Part shown: one piece after another, positions 24,461 to 32,808 of the stretch | Position numbering within the stretch: the stretch's first letter is position 1 | How the letters are laid out: every line of letters starts with the position of its first letter | From: a virus | IMG/VR virus record: IMGVR_UViG_3300023223_000105 | Coordinates: 1 to 37,256 of that record | Direction: 5' to 3' (one strand) | Length of the DNA: 37,256 nucleotides | Translations under genes and position numbers: made by a program | Notes under the pieces: model-generated | The model's input: only the letters and a program-made list of their open reading frames with translations | Databases searched by the model: none | Told to the model about the DNA's origin: nothing

Positions 24461-26506
24461 TTAAACTCCCACCACCACATTTACATCAGGGTTTTGGGCT
24501 TCTACTTTAAACTTCTCTTCATCCAACGTAGCCTTCTGCAGATCAATAGCAGTATTAAGCGCACCTATATCAACTTTCTGCTGCTCTATGTCATTCTTAA
24601 GCCCTAACTCGGCCTTCTTAATCTCTAGTTCTTCTTGCTTGAGCTGAAGCTTGCCAACTTCAAGTTGGTTCTCAATATTATCCTGTTGGGCTTTTTGCGC
24701 TAATTCTTGCTGCTTCATTTGGAGATCAAGCTGCTCAGGTGAAGGAGTTTGTGCCTCCTCAGCCTCACGCTGCTTGATTTCGTCAATCTGATCCAGGATA
24801 GCCTGCTCTACATTTCTACCCATTTTAAACCTTCGTACCAAAGACAGAAGCATTTCAGCCGTTGCATCGGTGCCAACAACCTGTCTCAATAATGGAGCAT
24901 TACTGGCAAACTCAGTCAGAGCAGTGTTAAACTTGAGTATATCTTCCTTCTCGGCAATATCATCCTTAGTAATAGTAGAGTCGGTCTCTACATCAATTAT
25001 AACAGCTGGAGGTTCTTGATTCCTTAATTTATCCAGCAAGTCATTAACACCAAACGTAGTGACCATTCCTTCCTTGTCCACCTCGGTTTCCAGTGGAATC
25101 CCTGTTATGGTCGAAATAGCAGTGGCAGTAAACGTGTTGATTATGATTTCAGACTGTAACCGCAACATGTCACGTATAAACCTTTGCACCTCACGCTGAA
25201 CCCTGGATATCCTAAGCGTTCCATATCTAGCCTTGATACGCTGCGCACTTGCCGTCTCTCTTGGGTCTGTAACCGCCCTTTGGATATCGGAGATACCAAC
25301 AATCTGGAATATAATATTTAATATTTCATTTCTCTGGTTGTATAAGCCGGTCAACACCTGAACAAATGGTGTCAAATCCTCACTTATGAACACCCCACCA
25401 AGACCACCCTTATCCTGCAATCTAGCTATGTCTTTAATAGGAATAAATTCATTGTCCTTCGCATGAGCAAGTCTGTTAAGCTCCTTCATTGCTGCATCAT
25501 AAACACCACGCCTTCTCAATTGATCGATAAGGGCGGTAATTCTCTCAGTAATAATATCCAGTTCATCAGCCTGGTCTTGGTATTGCATGAAGAATGCAAC
25601 TGGTAGTATTGTGTCGTTAGTAGTGATGCTCAGCAATGGACGTGGAGTTGGGAAGAAATTCTGTAGCTTTAATGGGTCCTCGTTGATCTCTATGGGCTGC
25701 TTGATAGTTCCACCCTTGGGAATAAATAACTGCTCTTTCTTCTCCTTGTCCCATATCTCGTAAATGGTGGCTTTCTTAAATGCATTGCTCGTATCTTTAT
25801 TATCTACAGTATCCTTGCTCGTGTTTTTCTCTGAATCCTCCGTTGTGTACTCGAGACTGTCGGCGATCTCTTCGTCGAACATGTCGACTACTTCGTCATA
25901 CGTCGGTCGCCCTTTAAATCCCTCCCATGGCCTATCGTCCCAATCAGTGGTTTCAGGAACTATATAATCATCCCAGTTTACATACTCAGTAATTGCGCTT
26001 TGGATTGCTACCCTATCCTCTTCTTTGGCGTCTCCATTTTCATCCTCAACCTCCTCTTGCTTGAAGGAACTATCAAGCTTTACCCGGCAAGTTGCTAAGC
26101 CAGGCAATAGTAGATCCTTAACGGCTCGTTCCATCGTATGGTTGAAATCGTTCTGCTCTATGGAGTAAGTCAGTACCTTCTCTATCATCTCAGCAGCATG
26201 TCGGGCTGTCAGGTCTTTCCTGCTTACGGCTCTTACTTCAGGTCTTGGTATTTCCGAATACACAACAGGAAGCATTGTGTCTGTATTCGAATACAATACA
26301 CTGTAACGTGTTCTGTCACGATTCTGATTAGAGGAGCCAACAACGTCTGACGTTCTGTCTTTATCCCTGTATCTATCAATAATGCGATTGCCGCGAGATC
26401 GCCATGCACTAGACCATTTCTCGGCGGCTTCTATCTGGGCACGCCAGAAGAGCAAGGTTTTGTTATCTAGTTCATTGCTGGGACGTGCAGGCACGAATAT
26501 ACTCAA
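24461..26506 (-). CDS. Portal protein, 681 aa, with a long C-terminal coiled-coil (barrel-like).
   Basis: Size and position directly after the large terminase. The C-terminal ~90 aa is heptad-like (QLDLQMKQQELAQKAQQDNIENQLEVGKLQLKQEELEIKKAEL). The start is a TTG with no obvious SD, so the start is uncertain. Confidence 0.8.
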   Translation of the reverse strand: MSIFVPARPSNELDNKTLLFWRAQIEAAEKWSSAWRSRGNRIIDRYRDKDRTSDVVGSSNQNRDRTRYSVLYSNTDTMLPVVYSEIPRPEVRAVSRKDLTARHAAEMIEKVLTYSIEQNDFNHTMERAVKDLLLPGLATCRVKLDSSFKQEEVEDENGDAKEEDRVAIQSAITEYVNWDDYIVPETTDWDDRPWEGFKGRPTYDEVVDMFDEEIADSLEYTTEDSEKNTSKDTVDNKDTSNAFKKATIYEIWDKEKKEQLFIPKGGTIKQPIEINEDPLKLQNFFPTPRPLLSITTNDTILPVAFFMQYQDQADELDIITERITALIDQLRRRGVYDAAMKELNRLAHAKDNEFIPIKDIARLQDKGGLGGVFISEDLTPFVQVLTGLYNQRNEILNIIFQIVGISDIQRAVTDPRETASAQRIKARYGTLRISRVQREVQRFIRDMLRLQSEIIINTFTATAISTITGIPLETEVDKEGMVTTFGVNDLLDKLRNQEPPAVIIDVETDSTITKDDIAEKEDILKFNTALTEFASNAPLLRQVVGTDATAEMLLSLVRRFKMGRNVEQAILDQIDEIKQREAEEAQTPSPEQLDLQMKQQELAQKAQQDNIENQLEVGKLQLKQEELEIKKAELGLKNDIEQQKVDIGALNTAIDLQKATLDEEKFKVEAQNPDVNVVVGV

Positions 26507-26557
26507 TAAAATATTGAATTGATTTGATATTACTATAGTTATGGAAATATAGCAACA

Positions 26558-27883
26558 TCAAATTCTTGACCTCCCAGGGTTATGATATGACTTCTCCATC
26601 AATTGATTAAACGTCGGGAAGCCGCCTGGGTTTGATTCGTCTGGTAACTCCTCTCCCATATAATCTCGGTAGCCTACAGCCAGATACCTAAAAGCGTCTG
26701 CTGCGTGACTCGACCAGTCATGGTATGGGTTGTCTTCAAACTTATTCCTGTCTTCGTTCCATTTCTTGTGGTAACTCTTCAAGGCTTTCAGCCCATCCTC
26801 GCAGTTTTCCTTGTCAAATACACATCTGGGTATAAATGTACGGGCTGCATAAATATCAGCATTGACGTTGTGAGTCCTCTTGTGCGCTCTAAACTCCGCA
26901 CCCTTGTACATATCACCGAATTGATCATATATACTCTTCCCGTCTAGTGTGAATTGTTGATAGTTGGCATCGTGTGGGAGATTATGGATACCGTAGTTGT
27001 AATCCTTTTCCTTGAGCATCTTAACATAGAAGTCAGTACCTTTCCCGTTCATCTCGTAAAAGTCTATAACCCGCACCTCCCTGCCGATATACTGCACAAA
27101 CCATATAGACGTATAATCTGAGATGCCTATGTCCCACCATGTATGTACTTCGTGTGTGGGGTCGTATGGAACGCTGCATACTTGTCCCTTCTTTCTGATC
27201 TTGGCAAGCTCTTCAGCGTAATACGACCCCTCTAGAGCAGCCTTGAGCTTTCCATCCCATACGTGCTCATAGTCTTTGGGGTTGTGCTCAAGGTCATATA
27301 GTCTTTCTTCCTCAAGCTCCTTTGTAAACCACGGATTGTCATCCCAGTTGATATGGAGCACAACACTGCGTGCAGGGAGCGTGTTGATAACGAACCTCTG
27401 ATAAACCTCATCATCTTCATCTTCCGGGTTGAAGCTAAACCATATCTCGGAATCTTCTTTACGTATGGTGGGTATCAACAGCCGCATGGATTTACTGCTG
27501 ATCCTATGCGCCTCCTCTACCCAGCATATATCTATACCCTCGGTAGATTTAATCTCATCAGCATTATGCTTGAGTCCTTTGAAGATGAAGTCGGAGCCAT
27601 TGCTCTTGTGTCGTATGAAAGCGTCACCTATTTCAAACTCTCCACTAACACCGAGCCTCTCTATGGTATCTGATAAGAGCTTGTGGCTTGAGTCCTTGAT
27701 AGACTTCTGTAGTTCCCTAGCACAAAGTATGCGCCTCTTGGATTCTATAGCCTTGATGATAAGCATTTGGGAGAATGTCCACGACTTCGTAGAACCCCTG
27801 CCACCATAGGCTACTCTATAGCGGGCTGCTACATTAAAGAAGCCGTTAAACTTCTCAGGTATCTGTAGCTTTATCTGTGCCAA
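26558..27883 (-). CDS. terL: Terminase large subunit (PBSX/Terminase_3-like), 441 aa.
   Basis: Walker A YGGRGSTKSW, ICWVEEA (Walker B-like), and a C-terminal nuclease region with conserved acidic residues. Confidence 0.9.
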   Translation of the reverse strand: MAQIKLQIPEKFNGFFNVAARYRVAYGGRGSTKSWTFSQMLIIKAIESKRRILCARELQKSIKDSSHKLLSDTIERLGVSGEFEIGDAFIRHKSNGSDFIFKGLKHNADEIKSTEGIDICWVEEAHRISSKSMRLLIPTIRKEDSEIWFSFNPEDEDDEVYQRFVINTLPARSVVLHINWDDNPWFTKELEEERLYDLEHNPKDYEHVWDGKLKAALEGSYYAEELAKIRKKGQVCSVPYDPTHEVHTWWDIGISDYTSIWFVQYIGREVRVIDFYEMNGKGTDFYVKMLKEKDYNYGIHNLPHDANYQQFTLDGKSIYDQFGDMYKGAEFRAHKRTHNVNADIYAARTFIPRCVFDKENCEDGLKALKSYHKKWNEDRNKFEDNPYHDWSSHAADAFRYLAVGYRDYMGEELPDESNPGGFPTFNQLMEKSYHNPGRSRI

Positions 27884-28244
27884 CGTATGAGATCTCTATA
27901 GCGGTTATAGGCTTATTGTCGCTGGTGAAGTCTTTCTTATCTTTCCAGCCATATTTATTAGCCATAACCTTGCCAAACAGGTTGGTATTGAAGTCTTTAT
28001 TCTCTAGGTGTTTCGCGGGCTTACCCTTCCACCAAGCCTCTGAAAACTCTCTCGCACGTGTAACCGTTTCGAGAAACTCGTCCTCTTCTTGTAACAGTCT
28101 ATCCCACGTTTCGTGGGCTATATGCCCTAATGCACCAATGCGCATTTCAATATCCATAGCACCTTCTTTGCCCATTGCTATGATTTTTGCTTTCCAATCT
28201 GCGGGTAAGTCTTCCAATGTTTTCTTTGGCCTTCCATCTGGCAT
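27855..28244 (-). CDS. terS: Terminase small subunit, 129 aa.
   Basis: Position immediately upstream of and overlapping terL. The DLPADW...MGKEGAM..E....LG...ETW......EF......AR...E.WW pattern is common in small terminases. Track start 28259 is a TTG; ATG 28244 is preferred. Confidence 0.6.
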   Translation of the reverse strand: MPDGRPKKTLEDLPADWKAKIIAMGKEGAMDIEMRIGALGHIAHETWDRLLQEEDEFLETVTRAREFSEAWWKGKPAKHLENKDFNTNLFGKVMANKYGWKDKKDFTSDNKPITAIEISYVGTDKATDT

Positions 28245-28248
28245 AATA

Positions 28249-28407
28249 TCATTTCTCAATACACGTGGCTCTTATAAAGGACATTTTGTCTACCACAGAT
28301 TCAGCCTTCTTGCAGGATTCCATATCCTTAAACTCAACCGTTTGCATCTGTATGCCGACAGTCGACTTCATTAGTATTATAATCATAAATGCTGCTTTTG
28401 CAATCAT
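28249..28407 (-). CDS. Small secreted/membrane-anchored protein, 52 aa.
   Basis: Track ORF 28249..28506. ATG 28407 lies after AAGGAATAACAAT. The N-terminus MIAKAAFMIIILMKSTVG is signal-like. Confidence 0.5.
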   Translation of the reverse strand: MIAKAAFMIIILMKSTVGIQMQTVEFKDMESCKKAESVVDKMSFIRATCIEK

Positions 28408-28495
28408 ATTGTTATTCCTTGTTAAATTGGTGGCTACCCGGTTCATATTAAGAGCGTGACAAAAAATACAACAGGGTAGCCATAGGGTTAGTTCT

Positions 28496-28924
28496 TTATT
28501 TGACACCAGGGAAGCGTACCTTGCTAAGTATGCCGCTAAAAAGGCAAAAGAACTTATAAACTAATTTACGCGGGTAATACATAAGTAAACGCCTTCCTCC
28601 CCTCGTGCGGTTGCTATACTCCTGGCTGCGACAAGTGATTTTCACCTCTTTCCTATAGTCCCAATCCTCATAAAGTTCTCTTTCTCGCCAACCCCGAAGT
28701 TCGTTGAGCAGTTTATTCCTAAACAATAACCGCCCACCCTTAGCATGATTAACCCACGTAGGAGATAAATTGAAGTGACCAGTATGCACATCTCTATACC
28801 CCCACTCCTTATATGCAGCCCAGTGACCGCCTCCTACTTGCTCCTTTAACTCAGCCTGATAGTCCTCTTTAGTCCTCCACCGCTTCCCCCTCAACTCATC
28901 CCGCCATATTATATTGCCCATCAT
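28496..28924 (-). CDS. Hypothetical Trp/Arg-rich protein, 142 aa.
   Basis: Track ORF; its start overlaps the upstream stop (ATGATGG). Confidence 0.65.
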   Translation of the reverse strand: MMGNIIWRDELRGKRWRTKEDYQAELKEQVGGGHWAAYKEWGYRDVHTGHFNLSPTWVNHAKGGRLLFRNKLLNELRGWRERELYEDWDYRKEVKITCRSQEYSNRTRGGRRLLMYYPRKLVYKFFCLFSGILSKVRFPGVK

Positions 28925-29097
28925 CTACTCCATAGGGAGTAGTTCTTTGGTTCAAGTTTATCTAGTTCGTCTTTCCTGATCCATATATAGGGATTATCTT
29001 TCTGTCCTCTCTCCCACCACATACTAATCACACCGACAAGGGCGGTGACAGTTATCGCCCCTGTAAAGAGCCCTTCTATAAATCCTAATTCCATCAT
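28921..29097 (-). CDS. Small membrane protein, 58 aa (not in the track).
   Basis: My translation is MMELGFIEGLFTGAITVTALVGVISMWWERGQKDNPYIWIRKDELDKLEPKNYSLWSR. It starts directly after the upstream TAG and ends in a TGATG overlap with the next gene. Confidence 0.5.
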   Translation of the reverse strand: MMELGFIEGLFTGAITVTALVGVISMWWERGQKDNPYIWIRKDELDKLEPKNYSLWSR

Positions 29098-29334
29098 CTA
29101 TTCCTCAAATGGCACGTGTTTAGGTCTTTTAATTATATGCATCTGGTTTACAAAAGTAATCTTCCTGTTAGCCTCGGAGGGCTCCGTCTTGGGGGTGGGA
29201 GGTCTTACAACTTCTTTCCTGTAGTAGTCTCTAATTTCCTTCAGCTCCTCCAATGCGTCATCCATGGCAGCGGGGAATAAGTTTAGTTCCAGCAGTATAC
29301 GACACGCTTCGTAGTACTTTTTGTTATCTGGCAT
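29098..29334 (-). CDS. Hypothetical protein, 78 aa.
   Basis: Track ORF in the packed early array. Confidence 0.6.
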   Translation of the reverse strand: MPDNKKYYEACRILLELNLFPAAMDDALEELKEIRDYYRKEVVRPPTPKTEPSEANRKITFVNQMHIIKRPKHVPFEE

Positions 29335-29641
29335 CGTACCCCTTTATAATCTTAATTGCTGCTTGTGCCGCTATCTTAGCAAGCCTCGGCTCTTCCCCAA
29401 GCTCAAAGGAAATTTCTTCGGCTACTTCTGACAGCAACTCCTGACTCTCCAGCCTTTCCGTATACTCTTTCTGGGCGGCAGTGTAACCATAATGATACCT
29501 GTCCTTGGCTTTGTCCTTTGGTGTTTCGGTATACTCTTTGAGGTCTTTTAGGGCTTTCTTTGCCCATTTTGGGTTCATATCGTCAAATAGGCCACCCCTA
29601 GCGTAATACTCCAAAGCTTCCTGTACTCTCTGTAGACTCAT
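29324..29641 (-). CDS. Hypothetical helical protein, 105 aa.
   Basis: Track ORF; ATGA overlap with the upstream gene. Confidence 0.6.
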   Translation of the reverse strand: MSLQRVQEALEYYARGGLFDDMNPKWAKKALKDLKEYTETPKDKAKDRYHYGYTAAQKEYTERLESQELLSEVAEEISFELGEEPRLAKIAAQAAIKIIKGYDAR

Positions 29642-29883
29642 GGCTTCCTCCGTAGTTCTTCAATGGCGTAATTAAGCATTTCTGTGTACACCTCACCATC
29701 TTCTCTGTCTTTTGATCCCTCCAGATAATCCGCTATCTGTTCCCTGCTGGGTCTTAGGGAGGCTTTTAGGGCTTTGTATTGGCGCATCTCCCTTAGATTT
29801 ACCTTGCAACCCTGGTCATAATATGCCTCACGTTCTAATAGCTCTATCAACGCCTCGGCTTTCTCTCGTATATCTTTAGTCAT
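29638..29883 (-). CDS. Hypothetical helical protein, 81 aa.
   Basis: Track ORF 29638..29931. ATG 29883 (MTKDIREK..) lies after AAGGAAAAGCC. Confidence 0.6.
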   Translation of the reverse strand: MTKDIREKAEALIELLEREAYYDQGCKVNLREMRQYKALKASLRPSREQIADYLEGSKDREDGEVYTEMLNYAIEELRRKP

Positions 29884-29903
29884 GGCTTTTCCTTTAGTTA
29901 ACG

Positions 29904-30248
29904 TTAACCTTGCCTCGGTCTCGATCCCCAAGGTCGTCTTTTGGGTGGTAGGTCTGGCAATTTGTCGCTATCTGCAAAAAATTCTGCATTTACAGGCAAC
30001 AACCCCCGCAGCCTCTTGATTTCTTCCTGAGCTTCTTTAAGTTCCTTAACTGCGTTGGAGTTGGTGAGGGCTGCTTTTAAAGCGGGGCGTAAATACTGTT
30101 TTATGAACTCAAACGGTGGACAATACTCAAGCTCTTCTTTTACTGTTCCGTCTGTGTAGGCTGTGCACTTTTTTTCGGTGATAGCTGGCATATGTTCTAA
30201 CGCCGCCATCATCACCTTCTCCACATCCTTATCAATGTCGTATGTCAT
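29904..30248 (-). CDS. Hypothetical protein, 114 aa.
   Basis: Track ORF 29904..30314. ATG 30248 (MTYDIDKD..) lies after AGAGGGG. Confidence 0.55.
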   Translation of the reverse strand: MTYDIDKDVEKVMMAALEHMPAITEKKCTAYTDGTVKEELEYCPPFEFIKQYLRPALKAALTNSNAVKELKEAQEEIKRLRGLLPVNAEFFADSDKLPDLPPKRRPWGSRPRQG

Positions 30249-30353
30249 GCTGCAACCCCTCTTATCAGATTGTAAATTATCACAACACCCCAAAGTATCA
30301 TCAGTAAGGCACACCCCCGGATATTTTCCTCCTGCCGCCTCTTTAGATGCTTC

Positions 30354-30482
30354 TCAGTTTCGGGTGTCACGCCTTCCCTCTTTCCTACGCATTTCCAGTA
30401 TCTTGGCTATCCTCCTGCTACAGAGATACCCCCCAATGATACAAAGAATTGTATAACAAATTATAAACGATGCTACGGTCAT
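30354..30482 (-). CDS. Small membrane protein, 42 aa (not in the track).
   Basis: My translation is MTVASFIICYTILCIIGGYLCSRRIAKILEMRRKEGRRDTRN. ATGA overlap with the upstream gene. Confidence 0.45.
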   Translation of the reverse strand: MTVASFIICYTILCIIGGYLCSRRIAKILEMRRKEGRRDTRN

Positions 30483-30649
30483 GATTCCTCCGGGTAATTC
30501 ATTTCAGTAAGCTCTTGAAGCTTCTTTAAGTCAGTGGCCTTGCGTATGTTGTTTACTAGGCTTTGAAGGTCGTACTCAACGCCCGCATAATCCCAACCCA
30601 GATTATCTAATTCATTCTGTAACGCTGCAATACCCTCTTTATCGGTCAT
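30479..30649 (-). CDS. Hypothetical acidic protein, 56 aa.
   Basis: Track ORF 30479..30673. ATG 30649 lies after GGAGGAGG and overlaps the upstream stop (ATGA). Confidence 0.6.
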   Translation of the reverse strand: MTDKEGIAALQNELDNLGWDYAGVEYDLQSLVNNIRKATDLKKLQELTEMNYPEES

Positions 30650-30990
30650 GATTTCCTCCTCCTGGCATCCCACTCCTTAACCTGCGCCTTGTTGACCATC
30701 TTAGCGCATCGAACGTGGTACTTGCGGTTGTAGTGAGGGTTTACCATCAGGTCAAAACAACCCTCCCGTTGGCAAGCCCTATATGTTGCTCGCGGTACCT
30801 CAAACTTAACCTCTGGGGCTTCTATTTCGTCTATTGGTAGGGGCTGTGATTTACGCTCCGGCTGATGCTCTGGATATAAATTTGTAAGTATAACCGTCGG
30901 CAACGCCTTCTTCAGTTTGTCGTGATAGGTTGGTTTTGGCTTGTCGTGTTTCCAGAAGTTCGCTAGGCGATTGAGTAGTTTACTGAACAT
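30646..30990 (-). CDS. Hypothetical basic protein with a Cys/His cluster, 114 aa.
   Basis: CQREGC...HYNRKYHVRC suggests metal binding. Its start lies inside junction repeat J3. Confidence 0.6.
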   Translation of the reverse strand: MFSKLLNRLANFWKHDKPKPTYHDKLKKALPTVILTNLYPEHQPERKSQPLPIDEIEAPEVKFEVPRATYRACQREGCFDLMVNPHYNRKYHVRCAKMVNKAQVKEWDARRRKS

Positions 30991-31258
30991 GGTCTTTCTC
31001 CTCTTTGAGATTTATAGTGTCATCGCAATACTTACATACCTTTGCTGGGCGGTATTTATCATAGTGCGTCCAACTACTTCCAAATTCACCCCAACGCGTA
31101 ACGCCTTCTCCCACACCTACATTCTTTAATTCATATTCGTGCTTGCCTTTCTGGCAGTTCAACTGCGATTGTAATTTATCACACCTATAGGCTAAATTCT
31201 TATTTGTGACAGACAAATAAACCTCCAAGTCTTTTAGTCTTTTATTCCACCCGAACAT
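30980..31258 (-). CDS. Hypothetical Cys-containing protein, 92 aa.
   Basis: Track ORF 30980..31369. ATG 31258 (MFGWNK..) lies inside the J3 repeat after GAGGAGAAAG. Cysteine pattern C-x9-C ... CKYC. Confidence 0.55.
   Translation of the reverse strand: MFGWNKRLKDLEVYLSVTNKNLAYRCDKLQSQLNCQKGKHEYELKNVGVGEGVTRWGEFGSSWTHYDKYRPAKVCKYCDDTINLKEEKDHVQ
30985..31004 (-). repeat. Junction repeat J3, copy a (gaacatggtctttctcctct).
   Basis: 19/20 identical to 31253-31272. On the coding strand it reads AGAGGAGAAAGNCCATGTTC, which is the upstream gene tail plus SD plus start codon. Confidence 0.85.
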
Positions 31259-31556
31259 GGCCTTTCTCCTCTGTTTGTAGGGCTTGTTCAGATAATTTAT
31301 CCACTTTATTCCAATCTGGACATTCCTCAATTTGGGGGTCAGCGTTACGACATACCTCTCTAAACGCAACTTCGCTCTCCAACGCCTCCCGTAGCTTCTC
31401 CTCTTGCTTGGTGGTGGCTTCTGCTCTCACCTTCTCGGCAGCTTCAAGGGCGGCTCTGCCAAATCTTTCGGCACTATATGAACATGAGTCTTCAGCTCTA
31501 AATGTGCATTTCATTACAGCTAAACGAGCAGCTTTTATTTCCTTCTCTGTTGGCAT
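31242..31556 (-). CDS. Hypothetical protein, 104 aa.
   Basis: Track ORF. Its C-terminal EEKGHV tail is encoded inside J3 copy b. Confidence 0.6.
   Translation of the reverse strand: MPTEKEIKAARLAVMKCTFRAEDSCSYSAERFGRAALEAAEKVRAEATTKQEEKLREALESEVAFREVCRNADPQIEECPDWNKVDKLSEQALQTEEKGHVRVE
31253..31272 (-). repeat. Junction repeat J3, copy b (gaacatggcctttctcctct).
   Basis: 19/20 identical to 30985-31004. Confidence 0.85.
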
Positions 31557-31558
31557 AA

Positions 31559-31885
31559 TCAGGACTCCTTCTTGGGTGGGGTGGGTAGGGGTTGCCAGCG
31601 AGTTGCATCGACCTTTGTATTAGAGGTGCGCTTCCAGCATGGTTTTCTTATCCATATATCCCAAAGCCCGTGGTACGACTCTTTGTAAATATCACTCCAA
31701 AGAATCATTATAGTCCCATCCTTCGGTGCCGTCTCAATCGGTTGCCACTCCCTCTCTTTCACCAGGGCGGATAGCTCTGCTATTAGCTGCTTATGCTCAC
31801 TGCTGATAACTTGCAAATCCTTATGTCCGTGCTCTTTTTCCACTTCGTCAGCCGCCTTGAGTAGTTTTTCTGTGGTTCTGGGCAT
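31559..31885 (-). CDS. DUF551-like protein, 108 aa (second copy in the genome).
   Basis: REWQPIETAPKDGT ... ATRWQPLPTPP matches the DUF551 signature. ATG 31885 lies 7 nt after GGAGAG in junction repeat J2. Confidence 0.65.
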   Translation of the reverse strand: MPRTTEKLLKAADEVEKEHGHKDLQVISSEHKQLIAELSALVKEREWQPIETAPKDGTIMILWSDIYKESYHGLWDIWIRKPCWKRTSNTKVDATRWQPLPTPPKKES

Positions 31886-31915
31886 CAATCACTCTCCTTT
31901 TTGCAGTTGGTTGAT
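31886..31915 (-). repeat. Junction repeat J2, copy a (caatcactctcctttttgcagttggttgat).
   Basis: 29/30 identical to 32779-32808. The coding strand reads ATCAACCAACTGCAAAAAGGAGAGTGATTG, i.e. INQLQKGE-stop plus SD. Confidence 0.9.
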
Positions 31916-32779
31916 GTATCCCTTAAATTCCTGTATCCACTCATAAGATAACTTACTGAATTGGTTGTTCTCTGGCGTATCTCCTGCCGAAATTCCGAGG
32001 AAAAACCTTTCAATCGGACGTGAACCATCCCTCATATCACATTTCCCCTCAAATCTTTTAGATTTTTCAATCGTCCCACATAAACACGCACACTCACCTT
32101 CGTAAGTTGTTCCCTCAATCTTACCCCCAAGGATGGCTTTCTCAAGTAACGGTATCTCTGGGATAGCACGGAGTAGAACATCAAACATATCCCTCTTTAT
32201 CGGATCAAGGTTTGCGCCACGGAGGTTTGCGCCACGGAAGTTTGCGCCACGGAGGTTTACGTCACCGAGGTTTACGCCACCGAGGTCTGCGTCACGGAGG
32301 TTTACGTAACTGAGGTTTGCGTAACTGAGGTCTGCGTAACTGAGGTCTGCGCCACGGAGGTTTACGCCACCGAGGTCTGCGTCACGGAGGTTTGCGTAAC
32401 TGAGGTTTGCGTAACTGAGGTCTGCGTAACTGAGGTCTGCGCCACGGAGGTTTACGCCACCGAGGTCTGCGTCACGGAGGTTTGCGTAACTGAGGTTTAC
32501 GTAACTGAGGTTTGCGCCACCGAGGTCTGCGTCACCGAGGTTTACGCCACGGAGGTTTGCGTAACTGAGGTTTACGTAACTGAGGTTTGCGCCACCGAGG
32601 TCTGCGTCACCGAGGTTTACGCCACGGAGGTTTGCGTAACTGAGGTCTGCGCCACCACTAACCGCTTTCTTTATCGCTTCTCCTTTTTTCAAGGCATCAC
32701 TTTTAACTTCAAAACTTGCATCAATATCACAGGTGAACACGACCTTACCGGAAAACCTATCGTTAATCTCAAACTTCAC
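31889..32779 (-). CDS. Pentapeptide-repeat protein, 296 aa (N-terminal ~42 aa, ~30 pentapeptides, ~105-aa Cys-containing C-terminal domain).
   Basis: GADLSYANLRGVNLGDADLGGANLSYVNLSYANLRG... is a canonical A(D/N)LxX repeat. The GTG at 32779 occupies the position of the ATG in the paralogous J2 junction (track start 32785). Confidence 0.85.
   Translation of the reverse strand: MKFEINDRFSGKVVFTCDIDASFEVKSDALKKGEAIKKAVSGGADLSYANLRGVNLGDADLGGANLSYVNLSYANLRGVNLGDADLGGANLSYVNLSYANLRDADLGGVNLRGADLSYADLSYANLSYANLRDADLGGVNLRGADLSYADLSYANLSYVNLRDADLGGVNLGDVNLRGANFRGANLRGANLDPIKRDMFDVLLRAIPEIPLLEKAILGGKIEGTTYEGECACLCGTIEKSKRFEGKCDMRDGSRPIERFFLGISAGDTPENNQFSKLSYEWIQEFKGYINQLQKGE
32207..32656 (-). repeat. 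Tandem 15-bp periodic coding repeat organised in 75- and 90-bp higher-order units.
   Basis: 32281-32370 vs 32371-32460 are 89/90 identical. 32511-32570 vs 32586-32645 are 60/60 identical. Confidence 0.9.
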
Positions 32780-32808
32780 AATCACTCTCCTTTTTGTAGT
32801 TGGTTGAT
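32779..32808 (-). repeat. Junction repeat J2, copy b (caatcactctcctttttgtagttggttgat).
   Basis: 29/30 identical to 31886-31915. A degenerate third copy (aagttggttgat, 32966-32977) lies in the next spacer. Confidence 0.9.

Noticed and set aside
29881-29894. A 14-nt identity (catggcttttcctt) shared by the start regions at 29881 and 32947, as a sixth junction-repeat family.
   Set aside because: A 14-mer match is expected a few times by chance in 37 kb, and here it consists mostly of SD plus start codon. It is too short to claim.
32207-32656. Regular short repeats that could be mistaken for a CRISPR array or a noncoding satellite.
   Set aside because: The period is 15 bp with no unique spacers. 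The tract lies entirely within one long ORF and translates in frame into canonical pentapeptide repeats.
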